A stretch of DNA of 64,000 bases from Haliotis rufescens. Lineage: Eukaryota. A model generated the notes under the pieces. It had not been told where the DNA came from. It worked only from the letters and a program-made list of their open reading frames with translations, and did no database searches. The first letter of the stretch is position 1, and each line of letters starts with the position of its first letter. Made by a program: the position numbers and the translations under genes. The stretch is from NCBI RefSeq assembly GCF_023055435.1, contig NW_025964372.1:8060001-8124000 (forward strand), read 5' to 3'. This document shows, in pieces, positions 1-12,894 of the stretch.

Positions 1-2016
1 TCAAGGATGGAGTGGTGCTGTAGTTTAAGGCTGGCAGTGAACTATTTTCTTCGGATACTGTATCCATGAAAACAAATTTAGAATATATTGGAATTTGACG
101 TCATACCTTTTGCATACAGAAAAACGATGGAAGTTGAAATTTGTTTTGCGTTCTTAAACCAATACAGTATGTACATACCTGGGAGAGTGATATATAAGAC
201 ATTGATGCCACGACCAACAATAGAGGCGTCACTATGGAAACACAACTGGAAACTGTCCGTACTGTTGACTGAAAAACCAACATGGTACAATCAATCATTA
301 TTAAGTAAGTTGCTGATTGGAGTATAATGCAAGATGTCTATTTAGTGTTGTTGCAATGGTGAGTCTTACAGCACATGACAAACCGGTAGATTGATAGGTT
401 TGTGTAAGGTTTCTATATCTGAATAAGGTATTGTTGATAAACAAGTATTTCTATATGGCCATTTTAAAAACAATTTGACGGATAAGTACTTTGAGCATAT
501 AAATATAAAACGTATATGGTAATAGTGTGCCACTGACTACTCGATGTGAATATTGTTGTATATCCTTGAGGTATACTGCCGCAACGTGTTGCGTTGACAA
601 CGGAGTCAGGCTTGTGAATTCTAACACTTTGCAAAACAAAGAGAAGAAAAGAAAACCAAAAGAAAATATATTCTTCCTTACACGATCTAATGTATCCGAA
701 ATCTTTCGTGCCACAGTCGATCTCGGTAATACCGTCACTTGTTCCATAGGTAACATAGTCATAACTGCAGCGAGGACCTTGCTCAATGTCAAAGACACTA
801 AACTCCAGATCGACCGTGAAAGAACCGCCAAAGTAAGGACGGAGCTCGAAGCAGCAGTCTTCGTTGTTTTGGTATTGACCAGAGCCAAACTCTATCTCTC
901 CAATGAGATCTTCCCTCACGCCCCCAACACATCCTGAACATCATGGAAGATTATTTGAACACATTTTAATAAACGGACTGAACATATATGTTATCAAAAT
1001 ATGTGCTGGTCTTCATGTAGATCTTAGTTCTCGTTGTACCTCTCTTTCAACTGCAAGGTCCATCCTCAGGTAAAATACCCATGAATGATAGGTCCCTGTT
1101 GAACGATATCATAAACACGTTCATGTATATTCACTTGATGTATTAATAGAGGTACATATTGTATTCATCAAAATATCATCAGACTTCAAACTATGAACTA
1201 ATTGATCAAAACTCATTGAAATATATACACCTTGAAATCATTTAAATATTCATATACTTTTTTTTATTTTCATTTTTATTTGTGTGAAATAACCACATTG
1301 AAATGTAGAAACCGGAATCGGTTAACGTAGATTAGTCCAAACAGTTCGGGCGTTTCATATTTAGCTGCGTTTTCATTTTTTAGCTCGTTAAAGCTGTGAA
1401 CTTACTACTTCCAGCTTGTCGCTTGAACCGTGCTTTCTCATTCTGTTGGAGAAAAATAATATATATTGACTGTGGATGTATGAAGCACCCATAAAGGTAT
1501 GGTTTGTATAGTAAACGGCTTTTTGATAACCTCAGTATGATCTCATGACATTGCAAAATATCACTCATTAAAAAAACGCTTTAAAAGTTTTAACAGCCAA
1601 GAATTCTTGATCTTTTTAGCCGAACACGACTTATAAACTATACATAACATAAGTGTGAACAATGACATTACGTGTCTCGTTCTGCAATAGAGATCTAGAT
1701 TATCTACTCAAAAGAAGTTAAGTAACATCCAATTCTTTTATATTTCTACAATTATTTATCGTTGCATGACAGAATGGATATTTTGCTCTCTGTAACTGGC
1801 GTACTGTTGTTTGTCACAGTTGTAAGCTATGAGTTGAATGACGACCAACTGCAGTTGTACTGAAGAGGACAGTAACACAGTTTATGTGTAAATCATGGCA
1901 TTCGGTACAACGTTAGATAAGTTGCCGCGTACTACACTTACTTTGAATGCTCTTCCTTCTGTGGAGGCCAGACAGAGGCAAACCACCAGCAAGCTGATCA
2001 CTGCACGTGGAGACAT
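1..2016 (-). CDS. Secreted 4xCUB glycoprotein, paralog 1 (5' part; runs off window). Exons 1942-2016, 1406-1442, 682-933, 179-268, 1-57 (partial)
   Basis: Exons nearly identical to paralog 3 (offset ~51.5 kb). Signal peptide MSPRAVISLLVVCLCLASTEG, micro-exon NEKARFKRQAGS, CUB1 (C..YQNNEDC..FDIE..CSYDYV..CG..FHSDASIVGRG), GT-AG sites in phase. Confidence 0.88.
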
Positions 2017-2054
2017 CTTGATGTACTCTGTACCTCCAGACAATTGCTGAAACT

Positions 2055-2061
2055 TATATAG
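2055..2061 (-). promoter_or_regulatory. TATA box (TATATAA) of CUB paralog 1
   Basis: TATATAA on minus strand about 40 nt upstream of ATG; conserved in all three paralogs. Coordinates +/- a few nt. Confidence 0.6.
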
Positions 2062-3010
2062 TCTCCGAGCTTCAAGAAATTAAAGATGCATGTTGATTTT
2101 CAGTAACGTCGATAACGTGGGTAGCGTCCGACATTCTGGAACAGTGCTAATTGTGTGACCACCCACTGGAAATCCGATTGCACATATACCAACAGGACCA
2201 TCTGCAGAATTTGATATCACAGACGCTGATGGTCACTATTGACATACCATTACTCTACAGATATTGATATGTTGAAGACATTCACAATCAGCAAAAATAC
2301 CACGTGGTAACTACGTGATAACCTCGTGTTAAGTAAAAGTTTGTTCTACAAGGCTGAAGGCGTATCTGGTCTAGAGACAATAGACAAGTGTGCGAAGAAG
2401 GGTGGTATGTTTCTAATGTTTTCCCAAACTATATACTAGTATGTCCAAAAGTTATTATTGATAACTGAAAAGTAAAACTTTCGTATGTTTTTCTTCGACT
2501 GTGTACACATGTAAAGAAAACGATTACTTAATGTAACTGGACATAATGGAAAGCCTGACCGATATTCAGTCTAAAAATTCATAATATGAAAAATATGATT
2601 TTTGAAACAGTCACTTATTATGTCTTTGTATGTAATGTGCTATGTTGATGGTGGGACACGTGGTTCTGTTGGGTGTTTCAACAGGACGGCAGCGAACATA
2701 TGGGGTATCACTCCCCACTCACCACTCATAGAGGAAAGACTGTTTGTTGGAGGAAAATGAGATTCTTGCAACCTTTGATTGTAGTCTCTTCATTGTTTAT
2801 CCTGAAATCAAATTGGGTCGTTATTGTTTGCCAGGCAATACGGAATTAATAGATATTTTCAATTTGCTGTGCAAGATATCCCAAGTCAGTATTTTTAAAC
2901 TCTTTGTTCCTGCAAGTGTGAAGTATGGCTTTGGCTATGTTTACATTTATATTTCAGACAACGCTGACGTTCGTACTTGATATACCAATATGGACGAAAA
3001 GGTATAAGGC

Positions 3011-3987
3011 GTGTTACAACCCTCAATGTAAAAATTACTCTTAATGAAAAAAAAATGACATTAATGGTTACGGGTTAACTCTTGTTACAACCCTTAATGT
3101 AAACATTACTCTTAATATAAACATATATTACATTAAGGGTTGCGGGTTCACCCTTGTTATAACTCTTAATGTACAAAAATACTTTTACATTAAGGGTTGA
3201 AATGGTAGATAATATTGTTTTTACATTAAGGGTTATCACTATGAAATAATACTTATCGAACTTTCATGCAACTTCGCAGATTTAATTGATCGTTACTTTG
3301 TCTAGATGTGCAAATGACTAATAATTTTTCCTACTCTACAACGACCTCCTGGTTGTTATATTCAGGCTTCATAACCGATTTGTATCAAACTTACTAATAA
3401 CAAAGGTTATTTTTCGATACTCTGCAAGGTAACCTCGTGACTATCCTAATACCGTAACGACGGAAAGGAGGACTCAGCCCAAGCAGATCAGACCAAGTTG
3501 TAGATGATGGTTGGTTGTTAGAATGGTCTATTAACAGAGTTTTAGGCATAAAATAATGGACTTTTTCTTGCAGTATTACGGATATGACAGTTAAGCATAC
3601 ACCAGAATCAAATGTTATTACAAACGACTGGAATTCCAATGCAATGGTGTTTGGTTAGAATAAGAAACCGTAGGTTTCCCAAGTACCGTGCCGAGTCAAA
3701 TATAGCCACTTAAAAGTTATATTTTTCGGATATGCAGTTTCTATAGCAGTTAAGCAGATCTTGTAGTAAGACCATTGTTGATTGAAGAAGAATTAGGCAT
3801 ACGGCCTGTAGAGTATTTCATGTCAGTTAGGGATCGACCATTCGATCTTCTGGGGGAGCTGACATATAAGCTATAAAAAGATAATTTTTACATTAAGGGT
3901 TGCGGGTTGTTACTCTCAATGAATTATTTTTTTTACATTAAGATTTAACGCATAAACCTTAATGTAAAGGCGCCACAAAGTGCTGTT
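3011..3987. mobile_element. Truncated non-autonomous CMC-like DNA element with ACAACCCTTAATGTAA subterminal repeats (also ~36805-37718, ~54645-55621)
   Basis: Motif acaacccttaatgtaaa / ttttacattaagggttg repeated in both orientations at both ends. The unit-2 copy ends in ...GTTGCTGTG (CACAGC terminus). Left terminus is missing. Confidence 0.55.
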
Positions 3988-4480
3988 AAGAGTTGCGTTC
4001 CTTATTTGTTCCAGGTTCAGCTGGTTGTACTTCGAATCCCAGATTCGCCCTGAGTATAAGCTTTGGCCTTATTTTCAAAATAAATAGAATTACTTGTAGT
4101 GTACATGAACGAAACTGAACGAGTCATACGTGCTTACACCAAGTACTACTCATACCCGTGAGATATACAAAAATGTATTTAATTTGGTCTTTTGCCCAAA
4201 TAAAATTTACGAATTGAGATGCCTTGGGTCCACAGAGTAGAGACACAATATGTAAGTGAAATGTTTTCTACAATACAGAACGCGTTGAATATACAAGGCT
4301 GTATCATTAAGTAATTCGGAATTATTTGTAAACATTAGAATAGGTACTGAAAGATAAATTGATAACAAATAATATTGGCTGAGTAATTTATACCTGTCCA
4401 AACTGAAACTGCATAGGTCGTGCGTGATATTGGTCTTCATCGGCGTTCCGACAACAGTTTACATATTCTTCCTGTTTTAT

Positions 4481-4638
4481 GAGTAAGTGAGTGATTGTGG
4501 TTTTACGCCACTTTAAGCAATATTCCAGCAATATCCAGAAATGGGCTCCACACAAAGTGCCCATGTAGGGAATCGAACCCGGGTCTTCAGCGTCGCGAGC
4601 GAACGCTTTAACCACGAGGCTACCCCCCTCCCCCCCCC
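4481..4638 (-). mobile_element. tRNA-derived SINE (also ~38341-38520, ~56116-56272)
   Basis: Minus strand head GGTAGCCTCGTGGTTAAAGCGTTCGC...GGGTTCGATTCCC (A and B boxes), tail CACTCAC; approximate TSD gtttatga. Confidence 0.8.
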
Positions 4639-5159
4639 CTGGTTTATGAAATAGCATCATACACATACAGTGGGTCTGCTAATTATGGTATTTTTGTTAC
4701 ACCAGGATATGATGCAAAGTAGTTATTTATCAAAATCGAAATGTTTTTGTGAACCCGGAATACGTCTATTTACAGGCGGTTTGTGCATGTTTCACTCCAT
4801 TGGTTACTTTGTGCCATCTCCATGGTATAACAACGTGTAGCCACTGAAGAAAAACACTGTGTTATGACTTAAAGATATTATATTGTCGAAAAAGTCCCAA
4901 TAACCAGGATTAATTGACGTGAGTAATGTGGGTTAACGCTGCTTTTAGCATTATTTCAGAATATCGCTTTGGTGGAACCCGCGAGCACAGAGATGCGTCA
5001 CAGAGACCAAGGGTCAGAATCGGAGGTCATCCAGGGTTGGAACTTACGATCAGTGGATCAATCGTATGATGAAAGTATAGCTTCGACCACTTGTCCACGC
5101 GCACCCCTTCTCACATGGAACATATATTAGTTTTCATCATACTATGTACATTTGACATG

Positions 5160-5330
5160 GGCCGCCTCCGCGGTCTAGTGGATAGAGTATCCGCCCGGTA
5201 TTCATGTCAAACAGCGAAATGGTATTCAGTGGGATAGCACTATGAAGTCGGCATTAGTCCTGGCTAGTACAAGCATCCACACAAACACGTGCATGTACGT
5301 CGCTATATCAGTGCAATAATCACATGTCTG
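5160..5330 (+). mobile_element. Degenerate tRNA-headed SINE fragment (also ~39020-39200, ~56638-56810)
   Basis: GGCCGCCTCCGCGGTCTAGTGGATAGAG A-box-like head followed by SINE-like body; B box region deleted. Confidence 0.5.
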
Positions 5331-6649
5331 ACATGACATTGTGTTTCTTTTGCCAAAGACCATTAACTAGATAGTTTCAAGTCGATACAGCTTATTGGTA
5401 AAGAGTTAACAATATTTAAGACACATGTTGTTTTTTGTATCTTAATCCAAGTAATTCTGACCCGGACGCCAGGGTCAAAGGCAGCCATCAACGCGGAACT
5501 CAAGCAGGAATTACCAATGCTTTCATCTGAAATAATACGTGATCGTGTCGTTCAGTTCGCTATCGGTAACTGTTAAGTTTTACGACGATGATATTTTAAC
5601 ATTTTCAGTTGTCTAAACATGAATCAAACAAATAGTCGATGCACTTACTGGTATTCTGCACTTAGCAGGCTCAATCAAGAACCCAATGACCACGAAGGTT
5701 ATTCAGTTTGTATAAAAGGTTAATTGTATGACAATGTACCAAATGATCTGTCCCCAATATCTAGAAAACAAATTGGTTTACTCTTACAATGACAACGATA
5801 GTTTAGTTCAGCTGGAATTGGTTGGGGAAGGGCACCGTAGCCCACATACAGGCAAACAATGTCTGTAGTGTGTGACAGATGAAGCATCGGGTAATTACTA
5901 GAGTTCACATTATAGAGTAGTGGCCAGACCCTCATACCCCTCCCCATAGTAGAAATAGCAAACTGAGATTTTCCTTATGTTTTTGTATCCAACAGACTAG
6001 AAAATGGTGGTTGTGGTCAAATGGGTTGGTGGCAGATACAGTCAAAATGCACTTTTCTGTTGTAAAAATGGAGAAACTCAAACATTGTCCCACTGAATTC
6101 TAGTAGACTGGAATTATTATTATTTTTTAAAATATAGCCTCTCGCAAATTGAGTTATTAGTAAAAATATTTTGCTCTATTTTCATTTTTAATTATTTGAA
6201 AAAGAACCGAAATGAGCTATTAGTATTATCATCCAAGCCATTTGATATCTCAAAATGAGCCGACACGCCTTATGATGAGATGGCAGTGTTCATATTACAC
6301 ATAATCGTTATGATTTAAAACAAATAGTAACAAAATGTCAAAATGTGCATTTGTTGTATTCACATTGTTAATTTCATTAATAATGGATTTATACAACACA
6401 TACCTATCACCGTTTGCAAATACCTTTTCTATATAGGATTTTATTATATAAATCAATGATTATCTAAACCACCGAGGAAGGTCAATGTCACTTTGAAGGT
6501 CAAGTTCGAAATTAATACATAAATTCATAAAAATGCTACAAATGCACATACAACTATCATTACTGGTTCTGGGTATGCTTGGTAAAGATCTATAGAATAT
6601 ACGAGGAAACAAACTAAAAATGTGCACAACCAGATCAAAATAACTGCTG

Positions 6650-7210
6650 CCCCTTAGAGAACATATGTATTTACCTGTGAGAACAAGACAGTAACAAGAT
6701 AACAAAGGTGGAAACAAGGGAAGCCAACAGTTAATTGGCTCTGATAGGTGATTAGCAATGGACAAATTGAACCGTATACATTCTCCGAGCCAATGGCAGA
6801 GGCACCAGCAGCGCAAGTCCCAACCCCAGAGGATGTATATTCCAGCTGTGTCCACCAATACATTGGATGTACCCTCAGATCCCTCAACACCAGACTCTAT
6901 TGCTATTTCCTATCAGTGCTAATTACCCCCTGCCTCCCGTTTGCCCCTTGATCATTGCCTATTTCCAACCAGTGATAAAGTCCTGCTGTCATCCATCAGC
7001 GCTTATTAACTGTTGGCTTACCTTGTTTAGTTTCCACCTTTGTTATCTTATTACTTTTGTTGTTCTTACAGGTACATATATATGTTCTCTGCTTCGTAGC
7101 ATTAATTCACCTGATGAAGGAGCAAGTATATATTCCGAAACGATCCTCATTATAAAGAAGTCGACATCCGTAAAGTCTCTCCTTTATGTGTAACACTTCT
7201 AAATGCCATC
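6650..7210 (+). mobile_element. Penelope-like element remnant: inverted pLTR pair, GIY-YIG fragment, hammerhead-like core (also ~40517-40975, ~58129-58690)
   Basis: Inverted repeat ~6657-6748 vs ~6992-7089; between them CVHQYIGCTLRSLNTRL (GIY-YIG 'YIG.T.R.L..R'); CTGATGA...GAAAC at 7111-7141. Confidence 0.7.
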
Positions 7211-8159
7211 TAAAGACTTCAAGGTTACAAAACCTTATAATCTGACATATAAATCAGAATATTCATGAATACACTATTTCTGTAAATACCCAAAGGAGTG
7301 CACTATTATGATTATATTTGTAATGACATACCTGATTCAACATAAGAGAAAGTCACTTAAATTGCAAAACGCGTACAGTTCGGTATGACTAGACTTCAAA
7401 TGTAGTCAAAAGTAACAAAAAATGAATATGATCGAGATGTAACCGAGAAATATCTTTACTCATGCCATAGAACATTATTTTCGGTTATGTTGCCATACTC
7501 CGTCCCAATCACAATTCTGAACTTGTTCACGACAGACGTAATTAAAAATTAACATATCGGTTTTTAGTTTCCACATAAAGCAGTAGGACTATCTATCCGG
7601 TCCATTACTTGACGTTTGGTTTCTTTAAAGACAACTGTCGCATGGAAGGCAACATACAATTGTATGAGTGGCATGTGTTACCGGTAGGGCAGGACAGTAC
7701 TTTTTTCACTGATTTTCAGCGATCTATTCAAATCATTTTTCGCTTTGGCTGTTTTGCTTTTACGCTCAAGGGAATCTGTATTGGCGGACAATCGAGCCTG
7801 GTTTTTGACATTTTATAACTTTTAAGAAATATTTTGTTCTGTTATGTTCTGCAATACTGAATGTAAGGGTCGTGTCTATAAGATGTTACCACATTTATAT
7901 ACTGTAATAATGTGTTAGGTTTTAAACATACTTAGCTTTGGATTAATATCGCTGAAAGGAACAAAACAATATTTGTGTGTTTTAACTCTACACGTTAATG
8001 ACATTTATCACATGTCAGGGGCTCAATATCCCAAAATATCAACATGCTTTGAACATAACATGTTCATGAAAAGTGTGGAATATAGTAATTGGTGTCATTC
8101 ATTAATTACCCATCCCGCTTACGAGGTACGTCTAGAAGAGTCAGAAGAGAAATTTTATC

Positions 8160-8800
8160 ACTTTGCTTTGATAAATACAGCAGCAAGCAAGAGTCGAGCA
8201 AGGATTGTAGAAATATCCATATTTGATCGGACATGTTTAAGCTCTTGCTTGGTGTTGATGTTGTCGTATTGTAAGCATCTCAGAGCATGATATACCAAGT
8301 ACCAAAACTGTTTAAACGGTTTAGAGGGTTGGGTGGGTCGCTGGAGTGTGCCCACCTCTAATATGAAGACAGAGATCATATTAGATGAGTAAACGTTAAC
8401 TGAGATAATGATAAGGATAAGATCTTATGGAAATTGTTTGAACTCACATTCTTGTGTAACTTAATGATACAGCTTAATTGCACTGAGCTGAGTTCATCTG
8501 GACTGGGTATTCTCTGTAATTTATTTGTAAGTGAATCGTGAAAGGCAGTTACATGCTGGTAAGTGTGATCTAGAAGAACATTGTGAAACATGATATTCTT
8601 ATGGTGATGACTGGTTATAAATTCAGAGAAGACAGCTTTTTCGACATTGCTGACACCTATAGAAGATGCTTTCAAGCAATACATGTTGAGATCCATGTTT
8701 CGACGACAATATGGCTGCAGATATATCACTCATCTCATCTGCAGTGACAGATCACATGTCATTTGAACCTGAGGCTTGAGTGACAGTGCAGTGGTGGCAG
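8160..8800 (-). mobile_element. Decayed LINE AP-endonuclease fragment (also ~41850-42470, ~59636-60280)
   Basis: Motifs in APE order across frameshifts: AILSSETWL (clearest in the unit-2 copy), VGTL(H/Q)RP (cf. IYRPP), YDNINT (cf. GDFNI). Confidence 0.5.
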
Positions 8801-8883
8801 AGACTATATGTATCTTACTGCATTGGAGAAAAATATGGATTTGGTAAAGAGTTTCTGACAATATTGAAGCATTTGGAAGTAAG

Positions 8884-9002
8884 CGTTTGTTTGTTTATTT
8901 GTTTGTTGTTTAACGCCGCACTCAACAATGTTCCAGCTCTATGACGGCGGACTGTAAAATAATCGAGTCCTGACCAGACTATTCAGTGATTGACAACATG
9001 AG
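8884..9002 (-). mobile_element. SINE split by the Gypsy insertion (other half ~25703-25780; intact empty-site copy ~42570-42800; also 60363-60481)
   Basis: (GTTT)n tail then ttaacgccgcactc...gacaacaTGAG. The sequence resumes after 25702 exactly as in the uninterrupted copy at ~42680. Confidence 0.8.
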
Positions 9003-9699
9003 TGTAGCAGGTTAGGGTGGTGCAAATATCACAGTTAAGACCAACGCCTGCTGGGGGTGAGATGCGACCAAAAAGCCACAAGTTTATTTTCCATTCCAAT
9101 ATTCACCATGGAACATAATTGAACAAATAATAAATAAATAATTATACTCATTAAAACATTGCACTTATCACCGTTATTTATATAATAATTAAAATGCATT
9201 TACATTATTATATGATGTTATCCATATTACTTCAACTGTATCAATGCACTTTTATATACAAGATGTATATTATACATACATGAAATATAAACGATGAATA
9301 ACTAAATTATTATGCCTACCGAATGTATGGCACTCAGGTGATAGTAGGCCAAATCACTCGTCACTCAGATCCATCTATAAATAACATACACATGTCATTC
9401 TAACTTTAATATAAATATCATAAAATAATATACATAGTAATCTACTGCCATATTAATTCAATTTAAACCTACTACCAACATTATCTCAAATAGAATGTCA
9501 CAGATAAACCTACATAAATATACACATTACCTATGCTGTAATATGCTCATAATTATACACAACACACATTTCTCATGGCAAACAATATGGCGGACACAAA
9601 TACTTATATCTGTCGCCTTTATCATAAAAACATATTATAGTACATTACATCAGAGAATCATAAACATGAATGGTGTGTTTATTATCGTTACTGTACTTA

Positions 9700-10520
9700 C
9701 ACAGCAAAAAAAATGCAGTTTCCGGTATCCGGATACCTTCCGGATACCACCGGACACTTACCCAAAACGCGTCAGGGTATCCGGTGGCAGATACCTTGCC
9801 GGATACCAGATCCGTGGTATCCGGCATGGACACCTCACCTGAAAGTATGTCACCTGGAATCCGGGTATCCGGCACCGGATACCTCACCGGATACCTCAAT
9901 CTGGGTGTCCAGGGATCCGGCACCGGATACCTCATTCTGAGTTTCCAAAAACATGTCACAATTTGGGGGGTGCATTTTGTTCAATTAAGTGTGAAACACC
10001 TAAAAATATATTGGAAACTAACCATGAAAATTGAACATTGCTGAAGGTATCCGGCAGGTATCCGGCAGGTATCCGGATGCAATTTGTCGAGATGTCTTTC
10101 TCCTAGTAAATAATGTTAGCCTGGGCATAGCAGATAGCTGTAGTAATATTCTGTGTTATTTTAGTTGTAAATATCCCCTTGAAGTTGAGATCTATGGGCA
10201 TGTACTTTTGGTGAAAACATTTTTCAAGTTCATATATATTTCATTTTAGATGTTCAGCGTATTAAATGAAAAGCATTCAGTCCTGGTATGATGGTATCCT
10301 TACATTTCATCTTCATATTCCCAGTTTGTTCTAGCCTGGTGGTTGAAGCGTTCGATTCACCACATCGGTACATTGCTTGGTGTCACCCATCATGATATTG
10401 TTGGAATTTTGCTCATAAAGTGGCATAACACCATACTCACTCTGACAAAAAAATGAAAGTCATTGGCTATGTGCTCACTTGGGCCTTTGTTCCTGGTGAG
10501 ATTAAAAGATTATTTTGGAA
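9700..10520 (+). repeat. Left long TIR with dense GGTATCCGG/CCGGATACC subterminal motifs (small SINE inserted ~10333-10445)
   Basis: Reverse complement of ~16360-17098; similarity is high in the outer ~500 bp and decays inward. Confidence 0.9.
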
Positions 10521-12685
10521 CTGTTTCAATACTTGTTACATCTTGACAGACGAGTTTCATTGATGGTTGAAACAGCATATCATTAACCCAAATGGGTGCA
10601 TAAGACTAATGGCACCCACAGAAAACACCTAATAAAGCACTGGTACATAAAAATATCAATGTAACTTTTCTAATGACATGGAACTAAAAACTTCGTTCAG
10701 TGAGCTGTATTAATTGTAGGAAAACATTCAGGGCATTAGTATATTTGATTTATGTTAGCACCTATGTTATGAATGATCAATATCATATTTCTTTAAAGAA
10801 GAAAAACAAAAAAATTGTTAAGATAAAAAATCATATTTATTGATTTTATGACATTTCATTGGTTCAGTAACCAGAGGTGTTTGCAAGAACATTCAAAAAC
10901 AGAAACAGATGCTTCAATGCCATTTTCTAAATAAACAAATTAGTCAAATCTCAGAAGAATTTCAAGGTAGAAGAATATTTAAAGTCAATTATGTTGGTGC
11001 AGTAAACCACAAAAGTCATTCAGATTTGTATATTCAGCGTCAGTGTACACCACATAAACATAGTCTCACTGCTGTGGTATTAATTCCTTTAGACTTGATT
11101 AATGTCGTAATTAAACAACCTACGGAATCACACTGAATCACACTGATGTGGCATTATTCATTCAGAATCATCACTTTCTGAGGTGAACCTGTTAGTTGTT
11201 CTGGGGAAGATTATTCTGCATCCGGAGAGTCCTTTGTATGACTTGTCTGATCTGGTGTCACTGTGAAATCCAGGTGCCTAAAACAATTTATAACATCTTT
11301 AAAAGCTTGTTATTAAAAATATAAGAAACACACATATATTGACAAAGGGTAAAAAGTTGGTTTCTCAATGAGTAAGGTAATGACAATTTATCAAGCAACT
11401 GTTAACCAAACCATGTTAACCAGTGTAAAAAAGCCATAGCAAACAGTATGTAAAATTGTAATTGATCTTCTGAAAACAATTCCTGTAGTACGTGCCATAA
11501 GGCAGGCTCACCTGAATTTTTCTCAAATGTTTGCATTACATCAAAAACATAAGGAAGGGTAAACAAGGCAATGCAAATTGCATAAAATAGGTTCTTATAC
11601 ATAAAAACAGAACTACCATATTTGACGTAATAAGCGCCTCACTCTAATAAGCGCCCACGGGAATATTTGCTAATATATTGGCTAGTGAACAATCCCAATT
11701 AGCACCCTTTCCAATTGATCAATGTATACAAGACTTATTTATTTGCGTATAATACACACTCGTGTGTGATATGCATTATCATATTTTTATCATTTATCCA
11801 ATATTTAATTAAAATTAACAATAACGGGAAAAACTGCCAAATATATTGGTCAAGTGTAATCATAATTTAAGTAGTTCTATTTGGTTTTGGAACTTTTCAT
11901 GGGTAATTGTAAATATATGTGTATTCCTATTTGAATACTCATTTGATTGTTATAAAGTTACACAGTATTGCATCTATCGTCTGTTTCTAAATACAGTGGA
12001 ACCCATCTTTGACTTGTGTGACATAATTGAATCATACCCCAAGTTCATTATGCATTGTTATGCATCTGCACAGAGTGGTCAAAGTCCTTGTCACACACAT
12101 AGTTTGCTAGTTTCAGGTTGTATCCAGACAAACTGTCTGATAATCTCGAGTATGGTCTTGGTAGCATCAAGGGATGTAGCTAATCCTAAATAAACATTAA
12201 ACAAGTGACATAATCTCTTCTACAGAACACTTGATCAAAGCCTGCCCCACCTTTGATGTTTATCATCTCGTTACGCTCACAACAGCTCATTAGCAAGATG
12301 AACTCAATGTCAACTCATGGTGGATTAGGGATTAACAGGGCATTTAGTGTCAGGTGGGTATTATCACTTGCAATTGTCTGTTAATTACTTAACTGAGTAG
12401 TGACGGCTTAGTTAGTTTCCAACCACACTGACTGCTATGCTACTTATCAAGTCAGTTTACTGGTAACATGTTTCTGTGGACCAAGGAAATGTATCATGCC
12501 AGATACTTAAAAAGTTCTACTCATAAGTAATAAAATAATGACAGTTTTAATTTGCAATTCTCCCTACAAAGACATGTATGTATATATTCCTTACCTTAAT
12601 GTGTCACTTCAGCTGCCAGCATGACCTCAGCTGCAATCTCAATATTTGGCCAATTGTGACGAAATGACCGATCGTGTTCAGTGTA

Positions 12686-12831
12686 TAAGCTGGGCCTCGT
12701 CTCCAATATAACTTGGCGCAAGTTGACGACGCGCATAGAGAGCCGGGAACCAGCTTATGTCGTGTTAACCTGGTTCCCGGCTCCCTATGCGCATAACAGT
12801 ATTGTGATATTAGAGACGGGGGCCCAGCTTA
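12686..12831. repeat. 146-bp nested imperfect palindrome (MITE-like)
   Basis: Outer arms TAAGCTGGGCCTCGTCTCCAATAT / ATATTAGAGACGGGGGCCCAGCTTA; inner arms GCGCATAGAGAGCCGGGAACCAG / CTGGTTCCCGGCTCCCTATGCGC. Confidence 0.85.
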
Positions 12832-12894
12832 GTGTTAACCCGGAACAAGCCATTTTACCCATTTCCCCTACGGTCCAGGGCGCCATTTTAGAAC

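Larger units (their letters stand above)
3988..5715 (-). pseudogene. Decayed spliced gene, LBP/BPI-like N-terminus (unit 1 copy)
   Basis: Non-coding exon with GTAAGT donor (~5648); acceptor TTTCAG|ATG at 5526; frameshifted MKALV..CLSSALMAAFDPGVRVRIT-GLRY. Next exon (donor ~4393) is interrupted by a SINE. Third exon is partly deleted in this copy. Confidence 0.4.

Noticed and set aside
2168-2178. NF-kB-like site (TGGAAATCCG) in the CUB promoter
   Set aside because: Imperfect match expected by chance; conservation only reflects recent duplication.
4560-4630. tRNA gene
   Set aside because: A and B boxes continue into a SINE body and tail without a full cloverleaf; it is a SINE head.
1325-4976. 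Two ~155-bp indels (absent at ~1326 in unit 1; 4822-4976 absent in unit 3) that restore the 51.48-kb offset
   Set aside because: Unrelated sequences with no shared boundaries; equal size is best read as coincidence.
9645-10249. ORFs on both strands in the TIRs (also 16521-17183)
   Set aside because: Products of GC-rich subterminal repeats; mirrored at both ends; no domain.
11402-11602. 66-aa hydrophobic ORF resembling a membrane protein
   Set aside because: T-rich sequence gives a hydrophobic translation; no supporting motif or gene structure.
11615-12465. Possible MITE starting TACCATATTTGACGTAATAAGCGC inside the CMC element
   Set aside because: One end looks TIR-like but the partner TIR and TSD could not be fixed.
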